This document shows, piece by piece, positions 36,494 to 45,137 of a stretch of 64,000 bases of DNA. The DNA comes from an uncultured delta proteobacterium (lineage in GTDB: Bacteria; Desulfobacterota; Binatia; Binatales; Binataceae). Below the pieces are notes generated by a model that saw nothing but the letters and a program-made list of their open reading frames with translations, had not been told where the DNA came from and made no database searches. The stretch is from contig CAVXXK010000005.1 of NCBI GenBank assembly GCA_963765675.1, positions 27,170-91,169 on the forward strand, written 5' to 3'. Each line of letters starts with the position of its first letter. The stretch's first letter is position 1. Position numbers and translations under genes: made by a program.

Positions 36494-36973
36494 TTATTTC
36501 GCAGCCGTAGATCGCGCGCCGATTCGACCTCGAGACACCGCCAAAAAAACCTCGGCGACCTGATCGCGTAGCTGCCAATTAACTCCGCCACGAAGCGGCC
36601 GTCCCGCCTCATACGCCAGATCGTCCAGCGAGAGGACTCCAACGAGTTTGCCGTCCGGCCCAATCACCGGCAGGCGGCGAACATGCTTCTGGCCCATCAG
36701 CCGCATCGCGTAGTCGAGTTCATCGCTGACCTGGCAGCAAACAACTTCGCGAGCCATCGCGGCTTCGACCGTGATTGCGTGTATGGGCTTGCCTTGAGTG
36801 TAGGCGGCCATGCAGATGTCTCGATCGGTTAAGAATCCGATAGGTTTGGAATGCGGATCCACCACCGGAACCGCGCCACAAACATTCTCCCACATAAGTT
36901 GAGCTGCTTTGTTAAGTGAGTCTTGGGGGCTACAGGCTTTCACCGCGCGATTCATCATTTGTTCAACTTTCAT
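36494..36973 (-). CDS. CBS domain protein
   Basis: Tandem CBS (GAVPVV..TDRDI; VRRLPV..GVLSLDD). GGAGG RBS before ATG 36973. Confidence 0.9.
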   Translation of the reverse strand: MKVEQMMNRAVKACSPQDSLNKAAQLMWENVCGAVPVVDPHSKPIGFLTDRDICMAAYTQGKPIHAITVEAAMAREVVCCQVSDELDYAMRLMGQKHVRRLPVIGPDGKLVGVLSLDDLAYEAGRPLRGGVNWQLRDQVAEVFLAVSRGRIGARSTAAK

Positions 36974-37038
36974 TGTGTCCTCCGCACGCAAATCCTGCTC
37001 CGATATCTCGAACGAGGATCGATCTCGCAGATCGATCT

Positions 37039-38655
37039 TCATGCGTACGACTGAAACAGGCCGCGAAGCGAGCCTTCGATCCGTTCCAAGGCCGGTTCAA
37101 TATCTTCGCTGGTGTCGACTTCCAAATGACGACCGGCTCGCACCTCGGTTATCGGTTCGAAATCTGCGCGTTGATTCAAATATATTTCCGCAGTCGCATC
37201 CGAAACCTCACTATCCTTGGTTGCACGCTCGCGCAACCGCCTCAACACTTCGCGCTCAGGCGTTTGGCATTCTACAAACAGGACCGGTTTTCCGGCCTGT
37301 GCGCCGACGCCCAGGGCGTCGCGCCGGTCCTCCGGTCTTTTGAACGTCGCATCGATGATGACCCCGCAACCATCGCATAGGTAATCGCGCGCTTCTGTCA
37401 GCAGAGAGTCATAGGTCAGCCGGTCGAAACTTGGAGAATAGATCCCGGCGCCGTAAGCAGCCCTGGCGCGAGCGGTTTCAGACAAGCCCGCAAGTCGCTT
37501 GCGGATACGATCGGAGCTGAGAATAGTGAACCCGGTGCGGTAGCTGAGTCTTCGGCTGATCGTCGATTTGCCGGTGCCGGCAAGCCCGCAAACGATCACG
37601 AGCGCCGGCCTGCCGCGCAATGCGTAACGAAACGCCAGGGAGAAATTGGCACGCGCGCGCTCGCGCGCCTGCTCGCGCTCCGACGGCGGCACTTCATCCT
37701 CAAGACTTTTGATGCTCTCCACTTTACCGCGAACGCAGGCGCGGTAGCATTTGTAAAACGTGGTCAAGGTTGCGAGCGTCTCATCCCCGGATTCTTTTGC
37801 GTAGGTATCGATCAATTCATCGGCCAAATGCGGAGCGCCCAGCGCGTCGAGGTCCATCGCCAAAAATGCGATGTCCGAAGCGACGTCGCCGTAACGCAGG
37901 CGTTCGCTGAATTCGACGCAATCGAAGATCTGAATTCCATTGCTCATGCAGACGTGTTCGCATCTGAGGTCTCCATGCCCCTCTCGCACACGTCCCGCGC
38001 GGACTCGATCGTTCAGCAATGCCCAGTGCGCTCCGATGAAGCCTTTCAGATAATCTTCGATTGCGGAGAACTGCGGCCTGGTAACTGTGTAACCCGCAAA
38101 GCGCTCGCTCTCATCGAGGTTGCCGAGTACTGAGCGCCAAACTGACGTTGCAGACCCATAACGCAAGCCGCCGGCGGTAGAAGCCTCGCGATGAAAGGCG
38201 GCCAGGGTTTTCGCAAGAGCCTCGATCATCGCGGCGTTCGCTTCTCCGGAACGTAGCAACCGGTCAAGCATTCGGCTGTCCGGAAGCCGCCGCATCTTGA
38301 CCGCATACTCGTGTGCCTGAGGATTGAAGTCGCGACTCTCCGCGCCCAGAACAAAGCGCTCGCCTTCGCGGAGGATTGGCAGAACGCCGAGATAGACTTC
38401 GCGCGCAAGACGCCGATTCAGGCGTACCTCTTCGCGACAGAGCGCATAGCGAGTAGCGAGAGTGGAACAGTCGGCAAAATCAAACCGAACCGGCTTCTTG
38501 ATCTTGTAGACGTACTCATCCGCGAGGAACACACAAGACATATGAGTTTGCCTGAATTCGACCCGTGAAGGGTGATCCGGATAAAATTCCGGCCTCATCA
38601 TCGCGTCCACGAGGCGCGCAGTGGGCGCCCTTGCGCTGGCTCCTCCGTCAGGCAT
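37039..38655 (-). CDS. aminoglycoside-phosphotransferase-like kinase fused to P-loop AAA_33 (Rv2004c-like)
   Basis: THMS.VFL, YKIKKPV, HGDLR, FDCVEF, Walker A GLAGTGKS, DATF. Confidence 0.88.
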   Translation of the reverse strand: MPDGGASARAPTARLVDAMMRPEFYPDHPSRVEFRQTHMSCVFLADEYVYKIKKPVRFDFADCSTLATRYALCREEVRLNRRLAREVYLGVLPILREGERFVLGAESRDFNPQAHEYAVKMRRLPDSRMLDRLLRSGEANAAMIEALAKTLAAFHREASTAGGLRYGSATSVWRSVLGNLDESERFAGYTVTRPQFSAIEDYLKGFIGAHWALLNDRVRAGRVREGHGDLRCEHVCMSNGIQIFDCVEFSERLRYGDVASDIAFLAMDLDALGAPHLADELIDTYAKESGDETLATLTTFYKCYRACVRGKVESIKSLEDEVPPSEREQARERARANFSLAFRYALRGRPALVIVCGLAGTGKSTISRRLSYRTGFTILSSDRIRKRLAGLSETARARAAYGAGIYSPSFDRLTYDSLLTEARDYLCDGCGVIIDATFKRPEDRRDALGVGAQAGKPVLFVECQTPEREVLRRLRERATKDSEVSDATAEIYLNQRADFEPITEVRAGRHLEVDTSEDIEPALERIEGSLRGLFQSYA

Positions 38656-38666
38656 CGCCAACCCTC

Positions 38667-39473
38667 TCAATCCTCTTCCAGGAACGCTCTGAGGATGTCG
38701 CTGGCAGTGATCATCCCGACTAATTGACCGTCTTCCAGCACGGGCAAGCCATCGACTTTCCTTTCGGATAGAATTCGCGCGGCGTCATGGACCGGCGTCG
38801 TCGGCGACACCGTCACCGGATCTTCACCCATCGCTACCCGAACTTCGGTATGCTCCAGACTGGATGAGTATTTGTACAGGTCGTGATAACTGACAAGGCC
38901 GGCTAGACGCCCCTTTTCGATCACCGGCGCGCAGCGAAAATTGCCCTCTTGCATGCGTGCTTGAACGGTTGAGAGTTTCTCGTCCGGAGTAGTCGTCACA
39001 GGGTTAGAACTCATCCATCTGGCGACAAGATGTTTGTCCGCTTCGCCGCGGCGAACGCAGAGCACGGGGCATGGCGCCGCGCGAAGAACCATTTCCGCCA
39101 CGCTGCCGAGCATGACGCGAGAAAATCCCCGCCGCCCATGCGTCGCCATTACGATCAGGTCGGCCGCGCTCCGCTTGGCAATCCTGAGGATTCCGCCAGC
39201 AGGATCGCCCATGTAAGTCAGTTGCTCGGACTTAATACCCGGAAGTCGCTGGGTCGCAATTTCGCGCAGTTTCTCCCGCGCCGCTTCCTCCTGTCCCTGG
39301 TAGATGTCGACATAGACAGGCATACCGGTCGGTGGAATTACCATTGGCACGACGTGCAGCAACAGGATTGTGCCGTCATTTTGGTGAGCGATCCGTGTTG
39401 CCACATCTAAGGCCGCCAGAGAGCTGTCGTCGAAATCGACCGGGCTCAGGATTCTCCTGAATGGAAAGGGCAT
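38667..39473 (-). CDS. universal stress protein-CBS fusion
   Basis: ILSPVDF, MATHGRRG..LGSVAE followed by a CBS pair. Confidence 0.9.
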   Translation of the reverse strand: MPFPFRRILSPVDFDDSSLAALDVATRIAHQNDGTILLLHVVPMVIPPTGMPVYVDIYQGQEEAAREKLREIATQRLPGIKSEQLTYMGDPAGGILRIAKRSAADLIVMATHGRRGFSRVMLGSVAEMVLRAAPCPVLCVRRGEADKHLVARWMSSNPVTTTPDEKLSTVQARMQEGNFRCAPVIEKGRLAGLVSYHDLYKYSSSLEHTEVRVAMGEDPVTVSPTTPVHDAARILSERKVDGLPVLEDGQLVGMITASDILRAFLEED

Positions 39474-39514
39474 TGAAACGCCTCCGTTTCTGAAACAACT
39501 CGCAATACTCTATA

Positions 39515-39529
39515 GCCAGCGTCGTGCCA
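39515..39529 (-). promoter_or_regulatory. sigma54 promoter for the USP-CBS/kinase/CBS operon
   Basis: TGGCACGACGCTGGC. Confidence 0.6.
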
Positions 39530-39575
39530 GCCGATCTCAGGCAGGGTCTCGGACAACTCCCGGCGCGACGATTCG

Positions 39576-39627
39576 GGTGCCCTTTGGATGCACGCGATGC
39601 TTTTTCAGAGTGTATCGAACGGAGCCA
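39576..39627. promoter_or_regulatory. tandem putative UAS sites
   Basis: TGCATCCAAAGGGCACC (reverse complement of 39576-39592) and TGTATCGAACGGAGCCA (39611-39627). Confidence 0.5.
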
Positions 39628-39643
39628 ATCTTCAGTTTGCCTT

Positions 39644-39658
39644 TGGCAAGCGATTTGC
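39644..39658 (+). promoter_or_regulatory. sigma54 promoter for the CBS gene
   Basis: TGGCAAGCGATTTGC. Confidence 0.65.
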
Positions 39659-39687
39659 GACGATTTTGAAGCAACGAGGAGGACTCA

Positions 39688-40080
39688 ATGGACATTACCC
39701 ACTGGATGACTTGCAACCCTGTTTGCGTAACGTCTCACGACACGCTGGCCAAGGCCAAGTCGCTGATGGATGCTGGACACTTCCGGCGGCTTCCAGTTAT
39801 GGATCGCGGAAAGCTCGAAGCAATTATCACCGAGCGCGACATTCGCCAGCATCTGGGCCACCTCGACTCGACCAAAGTGAGTGCGGCGATGACGCCGAAT
39901 CCGATCACGATCACTTCACGCATCACGGCGGAAGATGCGACCCGCTTGATGCTCCAGCATAAAATCGGCGGACTACCAGTCATCGAGAACGGCAAACTCG
40001 TCGGGATCGTAAGCACCAGCGATCTGCTAAGAGCACTTCTGGATGTGCTGCAGGCGGCCCAACATATAATGGACGCTTGA
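39688..40080 (+). CDS. CBS domain protein
   Basis: FRRLPV..ITERDI; KIGGLPV..GIVSTSD. GAGGAGG RBS. Confidence 0.92.
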   Translation: MDITHWMTCNPVCVTSHDTLAKAKSLMDAGHFRRLPVMDRGKLEAIITERDIRQHLGHLDSTKVSAAMTPNPITITSRITAEDATRLMLQHKIGGLPVIENGKLVGIVSTSDLLRALLDVLQAAQHIMDA

Positions 40081-40193
40081 GGCCGCTACATCGTATCCTC
40101 GCCCAAATAGGGATTTCCGCCAAATGCCGCCATTTTGGTGATTTCTATCTCGATCAAGCCGCGCTTACATGACGCTTCATATTCAGAAACCGA

Positions 40194-40781
40194 TCAAGCG
40201 ATCTCGTCACGGGCCGAGTTATCCTGCCTGACCGTGAGCACCGGGCACGCGGCTTCCCTGATCACCCGCTCTGCGACACTGCCCAGGAAAAGGCGCGGAA
40301 CCCCGCGGCGTCCATGCGTGCCTATCACGATCAGATCTGCCTTCAATCCTGACTGAACCGCGTTCACTCTTTCGGCAACATCACCCGTCGTGACGAACAG
40401 GTCATATCGAATATCGTGAAGCTGCCGGTCGGCGATTTCCTTAATCCTCCGTTTGGCCGAATGTTCTTCCGTATCCCAATCAGGAACGGATATGCCCGCG
40501 GTGGAACATGTATGAAGGAGATAAAGTTCTGCGGCGTTTTGAGACGCCAACCGGCCCGCCATGCCGAGCGCCTTCAGCGAGTTCTCGTCAAAATCAATCG
40601 GGCACAGAATTCGATGAAAGAGTTTCAACGGCTCCCCCTGTTGACGATCTGTCGCCGCTCGCTTCTCTGCGCGACCGCGTAGCTGCGTTAGCAGCTTCTC
40701 GTCTCTCTGTGCGGCCCACTGACGCTCACGCGCCTGCTCCGCCTGCCGAAGTTTCTCCCCGTACCGATCCTTTTCGTCCAT
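40194..40781 (-). CDS. universal stress protein with N-terminal IF1-like charged helix
   Basis: USP core ILCPIDF...GTHGRRG..LGSVAE, preceded by a ~50-aa charged helical extension. Confidence 0.88.
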   Translation of the reverse strand: MDEKDRYGEKLRQAEQARERQWAAQRDEKLLTQLRGRAEKRAATDRQQGEPLKLFHRILCPIDFDENSLKALGMAGRLASQNAAELYLLHTCSTAGISVPDWDTEEHSAKRRIKEIADRQLHDIRYDLFVTTGDVAERVNAVQSGLKADLIVIGTHGRRGVPRLFLGSVAERVIREAACPVLTVRQDNSARDEIA

Positions 40782-40846
40782 GGATGTTGTACCTCTAGCG
40801 CTATGGCCAACTGGTCACGCAGACTCGCCTCCGGTTCGTGATCTCG

Positions 40847-40861
40847 GCAATCATTGTGCCA
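40847..40861 (-). promoter_or_regulatory. sigma54 promoter for the IF1-like USP
   Basis: TGGCACAATGATTGC, near consensus. Putative UAS TGGTTCCTAAAGCACCA at 40949-40965. Confidence 0.7.
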
Positions 40862-41059
40862 TTACCATTTCCTTAGTGTGTGGGCGGGCGGGGAGAACTG
40901 ATGCTCCGTGATTATGACGCTTAAATGCACAGCCCTCCTGACACAGGTTGGTTCCTAAAGCACCATCGATCCTGCGCCGCGGCGAGCGATCTGCAATAGC
41001 CCCAAGGGAACTGATGCTGGCAGAATTCTTGCGATGACGGTCTCTCAGTTCAGCGACAC

Positions 41060-41250
41060 CGGCTCTCAACAACAGGGCGCCCTGAACTTACGCTGATTCT
41101 TCGATGACCAGATCCTCGGCTATGCTGATTTGTCCTGGGCTCTGGCAGATACGCGAATGGGCTCCGCACGCGCCGTCGGCGTCCACCACTATATTTCTAA
41201 ACCGATCGACGCGGGGCGCTTCTCGCAAGTAGTCTCCTTTCTCGAGCTCC
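41060..41250 (+). pseudogene. degraded response-regulator receiver remnant
   Basis: Frame-broken ..LIL/DDQ.. and ARAVGVHHYISKPIDAGRFSQVVSFL resemble AILDDQ..ARTNGAQYYVCKPLSPERFGQVLESFL of 42508-43440. Boundaries approximate. Confidence 0.5.
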
Positions 41251-41306
41251 GGACACCGGCCATCATTGCGATTCGGCGCTCGACTCATCCGAGGAGTACT
41301 GCACCC

Positions 41307-42356
41307 ATGAAAGCGTTCGTCATGAAAAGCTTAAACCGGGTTGGATTCATCGATAAACCCGTCGCCAAACCGGGCATCCGCGACGCGATTATCAAAACGA
41401 CCAAGGCGCTGATATGCACATCCGACTCACACACTGTGCGCGGAGCGATCGGTCCAAGGGAAAACCTGACCCTCGGGCACGAAGCGGTCGGCGTAGTCCA
41501 TGAAATCGGATCTGAAGTCCGGCTGTTCAAGCCGGGAGACCGTGTGGTCGTGGGAGCCATCACGCCCGATTGGAGTGATATGGCTTCCCAGGCGGGCCAT
41601 TCCTCACAATCCGGAGGACCGTTGGGAGGCTGGAAATTCGCCAACGGTAAAGACGGGGTATTCGCCGAATACTTTCATGTTAACGACGCTGACGCCAACA
41701 TGGCTCGCATCCCCGACAGCGTCACCGATGAATGCGCGGTGTACTGTTGTGACATGATGTCAACCGGATTCATGGCCGCGGAAAACGCTGACATCCCGAT
41801 CGGCGGCACCGTAGCGGTTTTCGCTCTCGGACCTGTCGGGCTCATGGCAGTTGCGGGTGCGAGCCTGCGTGGCGCCGGGATGATCATCGGCGTCGATGCC
41901 ATTCCCGCACGGCAGAAATTGGCGCGTCATTATGGAGCGGATTTGATCATCGACCACGCGAGCGAAGACGTGGCCGGGCAAATCAGGGAGCTGACCGGCG
42001 GTGCGGGCGTCGACTCCGCGATTGAGGCTCTGGGCGCTGGCGAGGCTTTTCAAAACGCGGTCAGCGTCACCAAGCCCGGCGGCACAGTCTCGAATGTCGG
42101 CTATCACGGAGAAGGCGAATTCGTTTCTATCCCGCGAATCGACTGGGGAGTCGGCATGGCCGAAAAGACTATTCGTTCCGGTCTCTGTCCCGGCGGCAGA
42201 TTGCGGATGGAACGCCTGCTGAGAATCCTTCAAGCGGGACACGTCGATCCCACAAGAATGACCACCCATACCTTCCATTTCGACGAGCTCGACAAGGCCT
42301 TTGAGGTCATGGACAAAAAGCTCGACGGCGTCATCAAACCGCTCATCGTGTTTTAG
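41307..42356 (+). CDS. Zn-dependent alcohol dehydrogenase (NADP-type secondary ADH-like)
   Basis: ICTSDSH, GHEAVG, DMMSTG, GPVGL, LCPGGRLRME. Confidence 0.92.
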   Translation: MKAFVMKSLNRVGFIDKPVAKPGIRDAIIKTTKALICTSDSHTVRGAIGPRENLTLGHEAVGVVHEIGSEVRLFKPGDRVVVGAITPDWSDMASQAGHSSQSGGPLGGWKFANGKDGVFAEYFHVNDADANMARIPDSVTDECAVYCCDMMSTGFMAAENADIPIGGTVAVFALGPVGLMAVAGASLRGAGMIIGVDAIPARQKLARHYGADLIIDHASEDVAGQIRELTGGAGVDSAIEALGAGEAFQNAVSVTKPGGTVSNVGYHGEGEFVSIPRIDWGVGMAEKTIRSGLCPGGRLRMERLLRILQAGHVDPTRMTTHTFHFDELDKAFEVMDKKLDGVIKPLIVF

Positions 42357-42507
42357 CCCGCAGCGGCCAAAACCGGACACTAAATACTCAAAGAGCTGCT
42401 GCATGCGCGTCGCCGAAGACGTGGGCTTCGACTCGATGCCTGCGTCAGCAGGCATCGGGCGCGCGTGGCGACCTTCTGGTTCGCAATCGCGGCGTCGCGG
42501 TTTAACT

Positions 42508-43440
42508 TCAATGTTCGACTGCGAAGAGTGCCTTCTGAATCGAAGGAAAGAGCCGACGCTCTTCGTCATCGATTGCGTCGTCCAGGGTGACCGCGAGTCC
42601 TCTCAACGCCAGTCCGGTCTCGCGCGCCTGTGCATCGGTGAGACGATCCGCGCCGGCGTTAGCCATCGCGCCGACAAGCTTTCGCAGGCGGCCGTGATAT
42701 GCGCGGATCTTGCGGGCAGCCGCCGGTGCGAAGCCGCGTTGCCGTTCAAGCCACGGCAGTAAGTCGCGCTCTTCTGCGTCGAGGTGATGAGACAGGATTG
42801 GCTCGATAACCGCCCAGACCTGAGCAGCATCAAGCCTGAGTGGGGACGATTCCGGATTGCGCTCCAGACGCAATCCGGCGAGCGCCGCATCGAGCAGCCG
42901 AGAACGCAGTTGCGAATCTTCGCGATTGAGTTCCCCCGAGAGAGTACGTATTCCCGCGTCGATGCGGGCTGGAGTGTCGGCGCGCGGCCGTTGCGCGGTC
43001 TTCATGGATTTTGCCTCCGTTGAATGCATAAATCGCCCGTCGCCTTGCAGCGTATAAAGGAATGATTCAAGCACCTGCCCAAATCGTTCAGGCGATAATG
43101 GCTTGCAAACGTAGTACTGGGCGCCGTTCGTGCGCGCCCGTTTCTCGTTGCCGTCGGATTGATTGCCGGCGACATAGAGCAACGAGACGCCTGAAAAGAG
43201 TTTGCGAAATTGTTCGAGCAATCGCCCACGATCGCTTTCGTCAACTTCCTGATCGTCGAGTATAGCGAGACGTACGTTGGGCTGTGCGAACACCTCGCGA
43301 GTCATGAATCCGCCCGCTCCACGTTGAACCAGCTTCCAGGGGGGATTGACTACCCGACGGACGAGGTCCGCCAACGCCTCGTCATCGGACAGAAGCAGCA
43401 AACTTGGCGCAAGACGCAAATCCTTCAAATCCTTGTTCAC
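42508..43440 (-). CDS. receiver domain fused to a degenerate hemerythrin/HHE domain
   Basis: REC: LLSDD, AILDD, KP. C-terminal: HHLDAEE..LLP, YH, DDEERRLFP. Confidence 0.7.
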   Translation of the reverse strand: MNKDLKDLRLAPSLLLLSDDEALADLVRRVVNPPWKLVQRGAGGFMTREVFAQPNVRLAILDDQEVDESDRGRLLEQFRKLFSGVSLLYVAGNQSDGNEKRARTNGAQYYVCKPLSPERFGQVLESFLYTLQGDGRFMHSTEAKSMKTAQRPRADTPARIDAGIRTLSGELNREDSQLRSRLLDAALAGLRLERNPESSPLRLDAAQVWAVIEPILSHHLDAEERDLLPWLERQRGFAPAAARKIRAYHGRLRKLVGAMANAGADRLTDAQARETGLALRGLAVTLDDAIDDEERRLFPSIQKALFAVEH

Positions 43441-43463
43441 CTTCGATCAACCGGTTTAAAACC

Positions 43464-43524
43464 GCGTGGCATATGCCAGGAATCGTGATACCGTCAAGTG
43501 CTAGTAGGAGCAGCAAATGTGCCA
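43464..43524 (-). promoter_or_regulatory. two candidate sigma54 promoters for REC-hemerythrin
   Basis: TGGCACATTTGCTGC (43510-43524) and TGGCATATGCCACGC (43464-43478). UAS-like TGTATCCGATAGAGACA at 43572-43588 (reverse complement). Confidence 0.55.
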
Positions 43525-43570
43525 AAGCTGCGCGCCGCTTTAGTCAGCAAAAGGACTCAGTTTCCAATAG

Positions 43571-45100
43571 ATGTCTCTATCGGATACACCGGGAAAGGGC
43601 GAACCCAAAAGGAAATTGGCCGGCGAGGGTGGTCCGCGCCACTACCACCTACTGTGGGACGAAGAGCTTGAGGCGCTGAAGCCTGTCCTCAGTTCAGTGC
43701 TCGAACACCTCGGCGAAGTCGTCGAGCATTGGTATCAGCTCTACGCTCTTCACTTCGGGGACACGCGAAGCCTGTCAGAGCCGGAATTTCGCGACCTGTT
43801 CTTCAACGCGCTGTCGCGAAACACCAAGGATCTGCTCGAAGGAGACATGGATCGCTACGCGATCAATACGATCCGGACCGGCGAACTGTTGTGCGAGCGC
43901 AACGTGCCGTTTGCAGAAATTGTCGCGTCTCTGCATCTCTACGAGGAAAGTGCTTACACCGCCTTTCCCAAGGATCCGCCACCGCCTCTGGAGATCTACA
44001 CGACCTTCGACAAGCTGAGCCATGTGCGCATGATTCTGCTGGCGGATGCGTACTTTCGCTCCGCGTCAGCTACTGCGGGCGCGCGCATACAAGCGCTCGA
44101 ACGGCAAGCAACTCTGGTGGCGCGCGAGAAGCGCAGTATCTTTCACGGCCTGGTTGGCTCCAGCGCAGCGATGCGTCGTCTCTACGATCGAATCGACGCG
44201 GCGGCAGGAACTCGCGGCACTATCTTGATCGTCGGCGAAAGCGGGACCGGTAAGGAATTGGTCGCGCGCGCGATCCACGAATGTGGCGCAGATTCCAGCG
44301 CCCCGTTCGTCGCGCTCAATTGCGCCGCGATTCCGAAGGACCTGATCGAGAGCGAGCTCTTTGGATACAGAAAGGGCGCTTTCAGCGGAGCGAACGCCGA
44401 TTACCTGGGCCTGTTTCGTGCGGCCGAAGGCGGCACGCTGTTTCTCGACGAAGTTACCGAGATGGCGCCCCAAACGCAGAGCAAGTTGTTGCGCGCGGTG
44501 CAGGAACGGAGCGTCCGACCGGTCGGCTCGACCAGGGAGACGCCGGTAAATGCACGCCTGATTGCCTCGACGAACCGCGATCCGGAAGAAGCTGTCCGAT
44601 CCGGCAACCTTCGTCAGGATCTCTATTATCGGCTACAGGCTGGCGTCCTGAACGTTTCGCCTCTGCGGGAGCGCTCGGATGATATCCCACTTCTGGTCGA
44701 GCACTTTATAGAGTACTTCAACGAAAAGCTCCAGCCTCGAATTCCGGTCAGAGGGATCGAGGAAGACGCGATCGCGGCGCTTATGAAGTACTCATGGCCC
44801 GGTAACGTCCGAGAATTATCCAATGCGATCGAGGGTGCGTTCACCTTCGGCCGTTCACCAATGATTCGGCTGCAGGACCTTCCGGTTGGCATCGCCGGGA
44901 GTCGGGTTGGGGAGCCTTTCTGTCAGTCGGAAGGACCGCGGCCGCAACCAGAATCGCCAATTGGCACCTTCGCCGAGGCCGAACGGGAGATTATCGCGCG
45001 GGCACTCAAGAGTACCAATGGCAACAAGGTTCAGGCTGCGGCTCTGCTACGGATCTCGCGTAAGAAGCTTTACGCGAAGATCGAAAAGTACGGTCTGTAG
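43571..45100 (+). CDS. sigma54-dependent activator (bEBP) with globin-like N-terminal sensor and Fis HTH
   Basis: GESGTGKE, ESELFGY.KGAFSGA, LFLDE, WPGNVREL, C-terminal HTH. The N-terminus is helical and protoglobin/RsbR-like. Alternative start TTG ~43616. Confidence 0.92.
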   Translation: MSLSDTPGKGEPKRKLAGEGGPRHYHLLWDEELEALKPVLSSVLEHLGEVVEHWYQLYALHFGDTRSLSEPEFRDLFFNALSRNTKDLLEGDMDRYAINTIRTGELLCERNVPFAEIVASLHLYEESAYTAFPKDPPPPLEIYTTFDKLSHVRMILLADAYFRSASATAGARIQALERQATLVAREKRSIFHGLVGSSAAMRRLYDRIDAAAGTRGTILIVGESGTGKELVARAIHECGADSSAPFVALNCAAIPKDLIESELFGYRKGAFSGANADYLGLFRAAEGGTLFLDEVTEMAPQTQSKLLRAVQERSVRPVGSTRETPVNARLIASTNRDPEEAVRSGNLRQDLYYRLQAGVLNVSPLRERSDDIPLLVEHFIEYFNEKLQPRIPVRGIEEDAIAALMKYSWPGNVRELSNAIEGAFTFGRSPMIRLQDLPVGIAGSRVGEPFCQSEGPRPQPESPIGTFAEAEREIIARALKSTNGNKVQAAALLRISRKKLYAKIEKYGL

Positions 45101-45120
45101 AACTCCTGATCCGTAAACGC

Positions 45121-45137
45121 ACGGCGATCATCGCCGT
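45121..45137. terminator. short palindrome between convergent genes
   Basis: ACGGCGAT-C-ATCGCCGT. Confidence 0.35.
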
